Source: a virus
Taxonomy: Duplodnaviria > Caudoviricetes
DNA: 64,000 nucleotides
Strand: one strand, 5' to 3'
Virus record (IMG/VR): IMGVR_UViG_3300013830_000002
Span: 102,779-166,778 of that record
A model generated the notes under the pieces. That model had not been told where the DNA came from and ran no database searches. It saw only the letters and a list, made by a program, of their open reading frames with translations. This document shows, piece after piece, positions 53,871 to 62,793 of the stretch. Position 1 is the stretch's first letter, and the number at the start of each line of letters is the position of its first letter. Position numbers and translations under genes: made by a program.

Positions 53871-55496
53871 ATGAAAATGAAAGAAAGAAATCAGCAGCTA
53901 AAGGCTGCTATCGGAAGAATTCCTGACAAGAAAGTCACAAAGGAAGTAATGCACATGCCTAAGTATGATGCAAAGAACCTGCAAGGCTTTGATGCCTATG
54001 CAGTGCCTGAAAAGTTACATCTGCTTGCAATGCTCAACACACTTAAGCTTGAGCCTCAGTTCTATCGTTCTGTGAGTGAAACAATGAAGGAGATCAAGGC
54101 ACTGATTGACAAGATTGCCGAGAAGGATGCTTACTTTGTTGCACAGGCAATTGTCTGGTCAAGATGCTGTGGTGAGGGTATGCGTTCAATTAACTATCTT
54201 GCTGCTGCTTTTCTTGCACCTTGGTGTGCTGGTGAAGAGTGGGCAAAAAGATTCTATGGCCCGTTCAACAAGAAGACAAAGAATTCTGGTGGTGTCATTT
54301 ACAGACTTGATGATATGTCAGAAATCAAGGATGTTTTTGATGCTCTTAACAACTCTGTATTGACAAATGCAATGAAAAAAGGCTTCAGGAATGTCATTGA
54401 ACATGCTTCAGCCTATGAGCTTTGCAAGTACAGAAAGACTGCAATTGACATCACTAATCTGGTTCATCCAAACACTGCTGTTTGTGCAAAACTCAAGGAT
54501 GGCACGAATGTAATCGATACCCTGATGAAGGGCAAGATTATTTCTGCTGATACTTGGGAGAATGCAAACTCTGATGCTGGTCAGGTAGTTGCTGATGCTG
54601 TCAAGAAAGGAAAACTTTCCGAGGAGAAAGCAAAGGAAGTTCTGAAGGAAGCAAAGAATGACAACTGGAAGTCCTTACTTAAGGAAGGAAAGCTTGGAAT
54701 TCTTGCTGCTGTGAGAAACTTGAGAAACATTCTCTTAGGTGATGACACTGAAACAGTTAAACTTGTTTCAAACCTTGTTAGTGACGGAAAGAGAATCAAG
54801 CAAGGAAAGATTATGCCATATCAACTTGAGTTTGCTCATACTGCTGTCACAGAGCTGACAGAAGTATCACAGAGCCTTAAAGCTCCTGTGATGAAAGCAC
54901 TCGAAAAAGGTATGATTGAAGCCCTTCCTAATCTTGCTGAACAGTTGCCAGGAAGAAACCTTGTTGCATTTGATATTTCTGGCTCAATGAGCTGGGGTGA
55001 ATGTTACCAAGGAAAGAGCAGAATTTCTGCCAATCCTATTGACAAGGCAGCTATCCTTGCAGCTATGCTTGCAAAAGGTACAAATGCTGATATTATCAGA
55101 TTCAATAGTAGGTCTGAATTCTTCTCATACAGTGCCAATGAAGACTTGTTCAGCCTTGCAACAAGACTGAAGCAGAATATTGGTGGTGGAACATCCATTT
55201 CTTCTGTGTTTGATTTGATTACAAGTAAGCATAAGAAGTATGACAGAATCTTCATTATTTCAGACGATGAAGCTAATCAGGGCTGTACAAGATATGCTTA
55301 CAGTAATTACATACAAAATGTTTACTCTCCTTATATTTATGCAGTTGACCTTGCTGCCTATGGCACAATGCCTGTAAGAAATGATGGAAAAGTGAACTAC
55401 TATTTCGGATATGGATATTCAATGCTTGATGATGTTGCAAGCAAGGAATTCAATCCGAATGCTGTAATAGATAAGGTGAAGGCTATCAAGATTTAA
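53871..55496 (+). CDS. rsr: Ro60/TROVE-domain RNA-binding protein with C-terminal vWA domain (541 aa)
   Basis: N..G..AY, GMRSI, LCKYR, VHP, TWE, LAAVRNLRNIL, MPYQ, MIDAS DISGSMS, GGGT, IISD, DLAAYG pattern. Confidence 0.88.
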   Translation: MKMKERNQQLKAAIGRIPDKKVTKEVMHMPKYDAKNLQGFDAYAVPEKLHLLAMLNTLKLEPQFYRSVSETMKEIKALIDKIAEKDAYFVAQAIVWSRCCGEGMRSINYLAAAFLAPWCAGEEWAKRFYGPFNKKTKNSGGVIYRLDDMSEIKDVFDALNNSVLTNAMKKGFRNVIEHASAYELCKYRKTAIDITNLVHPNTAVCAKLKDGTNVIDTLMKGKIISADTWENANSDAGQVVADAVKKGKLSEEKAKEVLKEAKNDNWKSLLKEGKLGILAAVRNLRNILLGDDTETVKLVSNLVSDGKRIKQGKIMPYQLEFAHTAVTELTEVSQSLKAPVMKALEKGMIEALPNLAEQLPGRNLVAFDISGSMSWGECYQGKSRISANPIDKAAILAAMLAKGTNADIIRFNSRSEFFSYSANEDLFSLATRLKQNIGGGTSISSVFDLITSKHKKYDRIFIISDDEANQGCTRYAYSNYIQNVYSPYIYAVDLAAYGTMPVRNDGKVNYYFGYGYSMLDDVASKEFNPNAVIDKVKAIKI

Positions 55497-55561
55497 TCTT
55501 TGAAAGATTCACTATGGTACTCAAGATGTAATCTATGAACTAGATTGTTCAAAAGTACCAT

Positions 55562-55636
55562 TGGGGCGTAGCAGAATGGTACATGCTGGAGTCTCTAAAA
55601 CTCTGTAATATGTGGGTTCGAGTCCCATGGCCCCAT
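55562..55636 (+). tRNA. Amber suppressor tRNA (CTA), probably Gln
   Basis: GGAGT-CTCTAAA-ACTCT; U1:A72 acceptor as in tRNA-Gln. Confidence 0.88.
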
Positions 55637-55650
55637 CTAACTTAAATTTA

Positions 55651-56667
55651 ATGAATATGACAAAAGACGAAATATATAATGCTCCTAAATATGCTGGCAT
55701 TTATTGTTTCAGAAATAAAATGAATGGTAAATGTTATATAGGCCAGTCTATTAAGCTAAGAAAAAGATTGCTGCATCATATTAATAATTTGGAAAATAAT
55801 AGATATGATGCTCCTATATATAGGGCTTTTAAAAAATATGGATTAGAGAATTTTGAATTAATAATTCTTAAAACATATAGAGATGCTTTATCAAAAGAAG
55901 TTAAGGATAAACTCGATGAAGATGAAAAATTCTATATAAAAGAATATAACTCCTATGCTCCAAATGGCTACAACCAAACACTTGGAGGAGATGGAGGAGT
56001 ACTTGGGTACAAATTTACTCCTGAGCAAATAGCTAAACAGAAAATAATTACACATGCTTTAAGTGGGCAAAATAAAGCAAGCTGGATATATGCTTATGAT
56101 ATAGAAACTAAAACTACTTATATGGCAATTACTGCTGTTTATTTAAGTCAAAGATTAAATATACCAGTATCTGTTTTACATTCTGCTTGTAGAAGCTCAT
56201 ATATAGTATGCTATAATAAGTATGTTATAGGACATAGTGAGGAAGAAATTAAGAAAAAATTAAAACTGCTTGAATAGAGAAAGTCCAAACTAAATACTGA
56301 TTATACAGGAGACCATAATAATCTAAAAGGAGTTTCTAATCTTATTTTTTATAAAAACTATTATGAATTTCTCTGTTCTTTACCAAAGGGGACTACTCTA
56401 AAGCAAATTGCAAAACTTTGTGGAGTATCTAAGCCTACAGTAGATAAAAGAAACCAGAAACTTAGGAAATTAGGATATTAGCTTCCATGTATAGCTTCTC
56501 ATAAGCCTATACAGAATATAAAAGTAACTAATATTGAAACTCAAGAAGTTATTATTATGGGTATTTCGCAATTTGCTAAAAACTTCAATTTAAAAATAAG
56601 TTCTGCAAGAAAGCAAGTGCAACATACTAATTTATATAAAAAGAAATACAAAATAGAAAGAATATAA
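55651..56667 (+). CDS. Free-standing GIY-YIG endonuclease (Seg-like); TAG=Gln
   Basis: GIY..CYIGQS..KYGLENF..GYNQTLGG; reads through TAG to an HTH and TAA 56667. Confidence 0.85.
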
Positions 56668-56787
56668 ATTTAAATGTATTACATAAAAAACTTAATAACA
56701 TGTTTCATAATATTTGTATTATGTTCATGCAATAATATAAGTATACATATTTTTAATTACTAATAACAACTCAAATTACAATAACTT

Positions 56788-57024
56788 ATGCACAGACAGA
56801 GATTTAAGCAATCAAGAATTGCTTCATCTGACCACTATGAGTGGTCTTTGAGATACCATAGAAAGTATCTCAGACGTGAACATGAAAAGAATTCATTAAT
56901 CATTCAAACTCTTGAAGTTCATGTAAGGAAGATGCCCTATGTAGGAGTTTTTGGTAAGTTAATACCACTGACTCTCAACCAAGCTAAGAAACTCTCAGAA
57001 ACTATAGAAATAATCTGGCAATAG
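56788..57024 (+). CDS. Hypothetical protein (78 aa)
   Basis: Ends at TAG followed by a hairpin. Confidence 0.5.
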   Translation: MHRQRFKQSRIASSDHYEWSLRYHRKYLRREHEKNSLIIQTLEVHVRKMPYVGVFGKLIPLTLNQAKKLSETIEIIWQ

Positions 57025-57065
57025 AATTATATTAAAAATAAGCCAGTTTAAATGACTGGCTTTAT

Positions 57066-57138
57066 GCTCCCTTAGCTCAATGGATAGAGTAACAGATTTC
57101 TAATCTGTAAGTTGTAGGTTCGAATCCTACAGGGAGTA
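57066..57138 (+). tRNA. tRNA-Arg(TCT)
   Basis: ACAGA-TTTCTAA-TCTGT. Confidence 0.9.
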
Positions 57139-57145
57139 CAAATTT

Positions 57146-57274
57146 GGGGCAGAAGTTTAACGGAAATTATACTCTGATGAGAGTCCTTTGTATTATGCAA
57201 TAGTCATCATATAGAGTTACTTCAAACATTTATCTATCACATAAAAGAAAGTTGGTTAGACTCTAGCCTGCCCC
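57146..57274 (+). ncRNA. Scaffold ncRNA copy 8 (divergent)
   Basis: GGGGCAG/CTGCCCC; TAGTCA..TAGAGT-TACTTC..ACTCTA. Confidence 0.5.
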
Positions 57275-57276
57275 GT

Positions 57277-57368
57277 AAAAAGCAATAGTCAGCTACAGAC
57301 TTACTTCTATATTGTGCCATAAATTACGATAATAAAATATAAAGTCTGTGCAATATACTTTGCTTTTA
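57277..57368 (+). ncRNA. Scaffold ncRNA copy 9
   Basis: AAAAGCAA/TTGCTTTT; TAGTCAG..ACAGACT-TACTTC..AGTCTGT. Confidence 0.6.
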
Positions 57369-57402
57369 TTTTGTAAGGGGTTTAATAACTGTTAAATAAA
57401 AT

Positions 57403-57474
57403 CGTGGAGTGATGCAGTGGTAGCAATTGAGGCCCATAACCTCAAAGTCGTCGGTTCGAATCCGACCTCCACAA
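57403..57474 (+). tRNA. tRNA-Met(CAT), C1:A72 initiator-like
   Basis: TGAGG-CCCATAA-CCTCA. Confidence 0.85.
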
Positions 57475-57617
57475 CAAGACAGCTGCTGACGAGCAGAACG
57501 TAACTCCTTGGCTTTGTATCAGATAGTTATTTACTCTGACTACATGTAAGTCTAGCCCAAGCCTGCATCGTAGGGTAGGTGGTTTGGAAGTGGCCAGAGG
57601 TAACACTTCCGTTTTTT

Positions 57618-57690
57618 GATTCTGTAGCTTAGTTGGTAAAGCTTCTGATTCTTAATCAAATGAGCATGGGTTCGAGTCCCATCAGAATCA
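57618..57690 (+). tRNA. tRNA-Lys(CTT)
   Basis: Loop TTCTTAA; cloverleaf. Confidence 0.85.
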
Positions 57691-57785
57691 CGGCTTTAAT
57701 TTATAATTTTAGCAACTTTTGTTATTAGTAAAGTGAAGACTTTATTTGGCTGTTATTGTTTGTGAAAATGATAACAGTTTTTGAT

Positions 57786-57871
57786 GGCTTCATGTTGGAA
57801 CTGGTAGACAAGTCAGACTTAAAATCTGATGGGCAGCAATGCCCGTGTGAGTTCAATTCTCACTGGAGCTA
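57786..57871 (+). tRNA. tRNA-Leu(TAA)
   Basis: TCAGA-CTTAAAA-TCTGA; long variable arm. Confidence 0.85.
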
Positions 57872-57881
57872 CTTTTTGAAT

Positions 57882-57966
57882 GCTTCCATGTTGGAACTGG
57901 TATACAAGTCTGTTTCAAAAACAGATGCTCTTAATTGGGCTGCAGGTTCGAGTCCTGCTGGAAGTA
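57882..57966 (+). tRNA. tRNA-Leu(CAA)
   Basis: TCTGT-TTCAAAA-ACAGA; long variable arm. Confidence 0.85.
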
Positions 57967-58126
57967 CTTTTTTCATACGATTACAATTTTAATTAATCCA
58001 AACAAAACAAACAATTCAATTAAATTATTTCCATTTCATTGCTGTTTTCCAGCATTAGAAATTGACTTAATTTTGTTATTTGTTTATCATAGCACTGTTT
58101 GTGAAAATAGTGCTATGTTTTTAACT

Positions 58127-58218
58127 GCTCCTATAGCTCAGCTGGTTAAGTACTAGTGATAGTCAAGAGCAACGGATTTTTAATCCGTGTGTCCTGGGTT
58201 CGAGTCCCAGTGGGGGCA
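58127..58218 (+). tRNA. tRNA-Lys(TTT) with expanded D loop
   Basis: ACGGA-TTTTTAA-TCCGT; ~18 extra nt between GCTC and GAGC. Confidence 0.75.
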
Positions 58219-58246
58219 CAAATTAAGAAAAAACACATATTTTTCA

Positions 58247-58320
58247 GGGCTTCTATCTCAACTGGTCAGAGAAACAGACTCATAATCTGGAGGTTACAGG
58301 TTCAAGCCCTGTGGGGCCCA
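58247..58320 (+). tRNA. tRNA(CAT), Ile2 or elongator Met
   Basis: Loop CTCATAA; GGGC acceptor, A73. Confidence 0.8.
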
Positions 58321-58322
58321 CT

Positions 58323-58397
58323 GTGTAGGTAGCTTAGTTGGTCTAAAGCATCGGGTTGTGGTTCCGATTATCATGGGTTCGAATCCCATCCTACACC
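58323..58397 (+). tRNA. tRNA-His(GTG)
   Basis: TCGGG-TTGTGGT-TCCGA; C73. Confidence 0.85.
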
Positions 58398-58420
58398 CTA
58401 ATTAAATTTAAATAAAAAGT

Positions 58421-58678
58421 ATGTACATATATTCGGTAATTTTAAGTTTTATCTTAGGCATAGTCATAGGAATTTTGCTTGTGCCTTTGGTGATATATTT
58501 TCGAGCAAGGAAAGGTGCTTGGGATGACAGCAATTTCTTTAATGTTTTACACGTTATATGTCATTTAGCACTTCATCCATCAGATTTTACTAAAATGAGA
58601 TATTCTGATGGAAAAAATCCATTCTGGTATTTGACTAAAGATGAGTATTCTGAAGTTCTGAAAACCAGACCAAATTAA
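58421..58678 (+). CDS. Small membrane protein (85 aa)
   Basis: N-terminal TM helix. Confidence 0.6.
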   Translation: MYIYSVILSFILGIVIGILLVPLVIYFRARKGAWDDSNFFNVLHVICHLALHPSDFTKMRYSDGKNPFWYLTKDEYSEVLKTRPN

Positions 58679-58795
58679 ATGCCTTACTGTGAAACATGAT
58701 GAAGGTAGCAGTATTAAAGGTATCCTCTTTTTCGTCACTTCATCCATATGAGAAAAATGATACTAGTCTGCAGACATAAGGTACTGCAGGCACTT

Positions 58796-58867
58796 GCAGG
58801 TATAGCACAATGGTTAGTGTTCCAGTCTTCCAAACTGGAGATGCCAGTTCGATTCTGGTTACCTGCT
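58796..58867 (+). tRNA. tRNA-Gly(TCC)
   Basis: CCAGT-CTTCCAA-ACTGG. Confidence 0.9.
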
Positions 58868-58954
58868 CACATCCTTACATTCTTAGGGAAATTCTAGCTT
58901 CAAGTGCCTATACTAAATTAAACTTGAGTAGTGCTGAAAGGTACAGAATTAAAT

Positions 58955-59027
58955 GGGTCAGTAGCAAAGGTGGTCAATGCAGGGGACTGAAAATCCTCCC
59001 ATACCTGTTCGATTCAGGTCTGGCCCA
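58955..59027 (+). tRNA. tRNA-Phe(GAA)
   Basis: GGGGA-CTGAAAA-TCCTC. Confidence 0.85.
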
Positions 59028-59128
59028 CAAAAGATTTTTAGTTATTAAGTTTAAGATTGATTAATCACAGCAATCATTTATTGCTGGGGCAATTACTGTT
59101 TGTGAAAATTGTAATTGCTTTTTAAATG

Positions 59129-59161
59129 GAGAATAATCCTCGATGGTGACAGGGCTTGCCT
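59129..59161 (+). pseudogene. 5' half of a Ser-like tRNA, broken at the anticodon loop
   Basis: GGAGAAT-AA-TCCT..AGGG-CTTGC-CT then AT-rich leader of a nuclease ORF; no matching 3' half seen. Confidence 0.45.
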
Positions 59162-59195
59162 ATTAGATAATATTAGTAACAAAAAAATAAATATT

Positions 59196-59624
59196 ATGAA
59201 TAGCAAAAGGTTAGGTAATATAGGTGAGGCAAAAGCGCTTGCTAAATTTGTGGAAATGTAGATTCCTGTATATATTCCCTTTGGAGATGATGAATCTGCT
59301 GATTTAGTTGCAGAATTTAATGGTAAATTAAATAAAATACAATGTAAAACTACTTCATAGATGAAAAATGGTATTATATGCTGGAATTTAAGGTCTACTA
59401 TAGTTACAAATGGAATAAAATTCAAAACACATAAATATACGAATAAAGAAGTGGATTATTTTGTTTTATATCATAGTATTCGAGATATATTACTTATTGT
59501 TCCGTATGCGGATGTGCAAAATAAGGTTTCTATATCTTTTACGTACCCATTTAAGATAGTAAAAAGTACTAGAGGATAGAAAGATTTTAAAGATTATCTT
59601 TTTGAAAACATTGTCAATAACTAA
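59196..59624 (+). CDS. PD-(D/E)XK homing endonuclease (I-Ssp6803I-like); TAG=Gln
   Basis: GNIGE..VYIPFGD..ADLV..KIQCKT..YTNKEVDYF. Confidence 0.8.
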
Positions 59625-59711
59625 TTTTTTATGTTTGTGTTATTAATATAAAAGAAATGTGTTCATTGTTTTTGATTATTGTTACCTTTGGCAGTGTGGT
59701 ATAACTGCTAT

Positions 59712-59795
59712 GGGAATCTGGTGTAACTGGTAGCCACGTCAGCCTTAGGAGCTGGTGTTGAAATATACGTGAGGGTTCGAGTCCCTCGGTTCCCA
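59712..59795 (+). tRNA. tRNA-Leu(TAG)
   Basis: TCAGC-CTTAGGA-GCTGG; long variable arm. Confidence 0.85.
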
Positions 59796-59886
59796 CACCT
59801 TGTGATGTTAATGAATATTTTTTGTTCATTTCTGACAGTGGTCAGGGTGTTCAGCATTGTTGTGAAATAATGCTGAATATTTAGAT

Positions 59887-59957
59887 GGTGCATTCGTTTA
59901 TTGGTAGGACTCCAGTTTCTCAAGCTGAGAAGAAAGGTTCGACTCCTTTATGCACTA
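59887..59957 (+). tRNA. tRNA-Glu(CTC)
   Basis: Loop TTCTCAA; cloverleaf. Confidence 0.75.
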
Positions 59958-60023
59958 CTACTGATTGTTCAAGATGCCAACTATGAGTTGGTTTAGATTC
60001 ATTAATTAATTTATAAAGTTTCT

Positions 60024-61097
60024 ATGAAGAAATTTTTGACAATTCTCTTTGCCCTTATGCTGGGCATTGTTGGTGTTCAGGCACAGACAGCTTATGAGGC
60101 ACCGAAGTTCTTTGACAACACCTATGTAGGTGTTCAGGTAGGAGCAAACACTCCTCTCTCATTTAACCAGGTTTTCCCACTTAACACTACAGCAAGTGTA
60201 CGTGTAGGAAAGGATTTCACTCCTGTGCTTGGATTGAATGTCGAAGGTGGTGTGTGGTTTGGCTCTCATTCAAACGGCCATACGGCTGGCTATGTAAATC
60301 ACTTTTCCTACAAGGGGTTTGTGAATGCAGTAACTGTCGGTCTGAATGGAACAGTGAACTGGTCAAACCTGATTAGTGGATACAAAGGACAGCCTCGTTT
60401 GTTTGAAGTAAGTACAATCACCGGTCTTGGATGGCTTCATGAATACAGCTCTGTAACACCTGACGATGATGACGAGCTTTACGCAAAGACTGGTTTTGAC
60501 CTAGCATTCAATTTAGGCAGTCAAAAAGCATGGCAGCTTTATATTGAGCCAGCAGTTATCTGGAACCTGACAAATGGCAAGGAGGGAGAAACCCTTGGAA
60601 GTCAGATTGATGCAGTACATTTCAACAAGAGCCATGCCTATCTGCAACTTGCCATTGGAGTGAATTACAAGTTCAGGACCTCCAATGACACACACAACTT
60701 CAAAGTATGGGACATTGCTGCTCTTAACAATGAAATCAATAATCTCAGAGCTAAGCTTGCAGAGAAGCCTGCAGAGGTTGTAAAGACTGTTGAGACTGTA
60801 AAAACAGTTCCTGTTGCATCAGGAAATTATGTTGTTTATTTCACTAAAGGCTCTTCAGAACTTTCTGATATTTCAAAGAGTGTCTTGAATGAAATTCCTA
60901 CTGGTTCTTCAGTAAAGATTACTGGTGCTGCAGATGAAGTTGGCTCTGCCAGTTTCAACCAGGCACTTTCACTCAGACGTGCAGAAGCTGTTGCAAAATA
61001 TCTTTCTGACAGAAACGTAACTGTTGATGGAATTGAAGGCATTGGTGAGACAGGAAACCCTGTTGCACGTGTAGCAATAGTCACTGTAAACAAGTAA
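60024..61097 (+). CDS. OmpA-family outer membrane protein (357 aa)
   Basis: Signal peptide, beta-barrel ending GVNYKF, coiled linker, VYFTKGSS..GAAD..NQALSLRRAEAV peptidoglycan-binding domain. Confidence 0.9.
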   Translation: MKKFLTILFALMLGIVGVQAQTAYEAPKFFDNTYVGVQVGANTPLSFNQVFPLNTTASVRVGKDFTPVLGLNVEGGVWFGSHSNGHTAGYVNHFSYKGFVNAVTVGLNGTVNWSNLISGYKGQPRLFEVSTITGLGWLHEYSSVTPDDDDELYAKTGFDLAFNLGSQKAWQLYIEPAVIWNLTNGKEGETLGSQIDAVHFNKSHAYLQLAIGVNYKFRTSNDTHNFKVWDIAALNNEINNLRAKLAEKPAEVVKTVETVKTVPVASGNYVVYFTKGSSELSDISKSVLNEIPTGSSVKITGAADEVGSASFNQALSLRRAEAVAKYLSDRNVTVDGIEGIGETGNPVARVAIVTVNK

Positions 61098-61129
61098 CAT
61101 TATCGTTTAATAATTAAACAAGCTTTATT

Positions 61130-61348
61130 ATGGCAAATCTAAAGAAAACTATTCGGCAAAGGTCGGCACTTGCACGGCTGGAGAAGCAGTTTGTTGAGTT
61201 TAAGGCTGCTCATAAAGATAAGAAACCCTGGGATTCTACCAGAAATGGAAGAACAATTCACCATGCTGGCAGAAAATATGCAGCAGAATGTGAGAGAATT
61301 CAACAGGAGATTGCTAATCTTAAGGCAAATATGAAGAAAACAGCCTGA
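61130..61348 (+). CDS. Small basic hypothetical protein
   Basis: Intact ORF. Confidence 0.6.
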   Translation: MANLKKTIRQRSALARLEKQFVEFKAAHKDKKPWDSTRNGRTIHHAGRKYAAECERIQQEIANLKANMKKTA

Positions 61349-61406
61349 AAAGGCTTGTCATAAATACCCTAAATACCTGCAGGCTGTGAAGTTAGCAGGT
61401 ATTGTC

Positions 61407-61477
61407 AGGAGTATAGTGTAATGGTAACACAGGACACTCTGAATGTTCTATTTCAGGTTCGAATCCTGATACTCCTA
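61407..61477 (+). tRNA. tRNA-Gln(CTG)
   Basis: GGACA-CTCTGAA-TGTTC. Confidence 0.85.
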
Positions 61478-61528
61478 CTGATTTATCTAAAATAAAAGCA
61501 AAGATGAAGAAAATAATATTAAACAAAG

Positions 61529-61807
61529 ATGACTATGATAATCAACAAAATCATCAGATACCTTGATTAGTTGATAACAAATAATACTGGAAGAAGTTCC
61601 AAGAACTTTTATCTGGTAGGAACAACAATCCTTGCCTCAATGTTGTTGTTAGTTCCATTTATTGCTATCCTGGTTGAGGTATTTGCAACTCATACGGTAT
61701 CTTCTGACCTGACTGGTTGGGGCGCATATATCGGCTCCGTTGCAGGATTACTTGCATCAGCTGGTATCACCAAAGCTTGGTCAGAGAAAAATGAAAGGAA
61801 ACAATAA
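61529..61807 (+). CDS. Two-TM holin-like protein; TAG=Gln
   Basis: ATG 61529 in frame across TAG; two TM segments, charged tail. Confidence 0.5.
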
Positions 61808-62133
61808 TGGAAAATTTTGTAATTGAATATAAGGGAAATATGTATAGGGTGTAGTCAACGTACAGCAACATCAATATTCAGAACTCCTGTCGAATAAAGA
61901 CAATACACGATATGAAGAAAGTTCTTGATGCTATCAGAGATAAAAATTTGAGCAGAATTGTGTACATCAGAAGCAATTTCAGCATGATTAATGAATGGAG
62001 AGTTCATAATCTTCTGTATGATTTACACTATAAACGTGAAAGGACTACAGATGTTGACCTTGACTACCCACAGAAATGGTATATGAAATTAGCTTATACA
62101 CTTTTATCCCCTTTGTATTTACATTTCATTTAA
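61807..62133 (+). CDS. Hypothetical protein; TAG=Gln
   Basis: ATG overlaps the upstream TAA; in frame with 61912..62133. Confidence 0.55.
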
Positions 62134-62358
62134 TAAAAAGTATAGATAAACATTTTCTAACTTAAATTCTGTAATTATGAAAGCTATTAAAAGAATGCTT
62201 AAATGGTATTTCATCCAGACAGCAAAAATATATGGAGAAGTACCAATGATGATTTGAGAGACAATTCCGTCTCTCTTTACAGGATATTAAGAAGGATTTT
62301 GTTTAACTATATAGTGTTAATTAACTTTATTGTTTAACAGTTTAAACTGATTTAAAAA

Positions 62359-62793
62359 ATGTTCAGAATTATTGACGAAGAAAGAAGTATTGACATGACT
62401 GCTAAGTATCAGCTTGGGCAGGAAGTAGTAATCACTGGTTATCAGGGCTATCACAAAGGCAAGGTAGTTGGCCTTGCTGGAATGTCCAATGACAAGGGCA
62501 CTGTCTTCATGTACACCATTGAGCTTTATGCTGGCAGAAAGTCAGCTCCAAAGGTCAAGAAGTGCCCTGAAAATCATGTTTATCCCAATGTGCATGATGC
62601 TCTGATTGCACTTGCAGACATTGAGAAGAAACGTGATGAGGAAGAGGCAGAAAATGCCAAGACCCTGAAGAAGGTACATACTTCAAAAAAGACAGCAAAG
62701 CCTGTAGAGAAATCTGCACCTGTAGAGGAGGCTCCTGCACAGAAAACAGAGCCTGCTCAGGAAAATGTTGAACCTGCAGAAGGAAAGGAGTGA
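62359..62793 (+). CDS. Hypothetical protein (144 aa) with low-complexity tail
   Basis: Intact ORF. Confidence 0.65.
   Translation: MFRIIDEERSIDMTAKYQLGQEVVITGYQGYHKGKVVGLAGMSNDKGTVFMYTIELYAGRKSAPKVKKCPENHVYPNVHDALIALADIEKKRDEEEAENAKTLKKVHTSKKTAKPVEKSAPVEEAPAQKTEPAQENVEPAEGKE

Noticed and set aside
57171-57185. CTGATGA (and CTGACGA near 57487) as hammerhead ribozyme core
   Set aside because: Each sits inside a simple hairpin with no correctly placed GAAA and three-stem junction
47311-57368. CAGTTACTTC repeats as a CRISPR array
   Set aside because: Dispersed, irregular spacing, short conserved core, enclosing stems, no cas genes
59712-59795. tRNA with TAG in its loop as a second amber suppressor
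   Set aside because: Anticodon UAG reads CUA (Leu); the long variable arm fits Leu
50157-59923. Short track ORFs overlapping tRNAs (e.g. 50498, 50644, 50845, 53366, 57756, 58810, 59629, 59708)
   Set aside because: Chance frames across RNA genes
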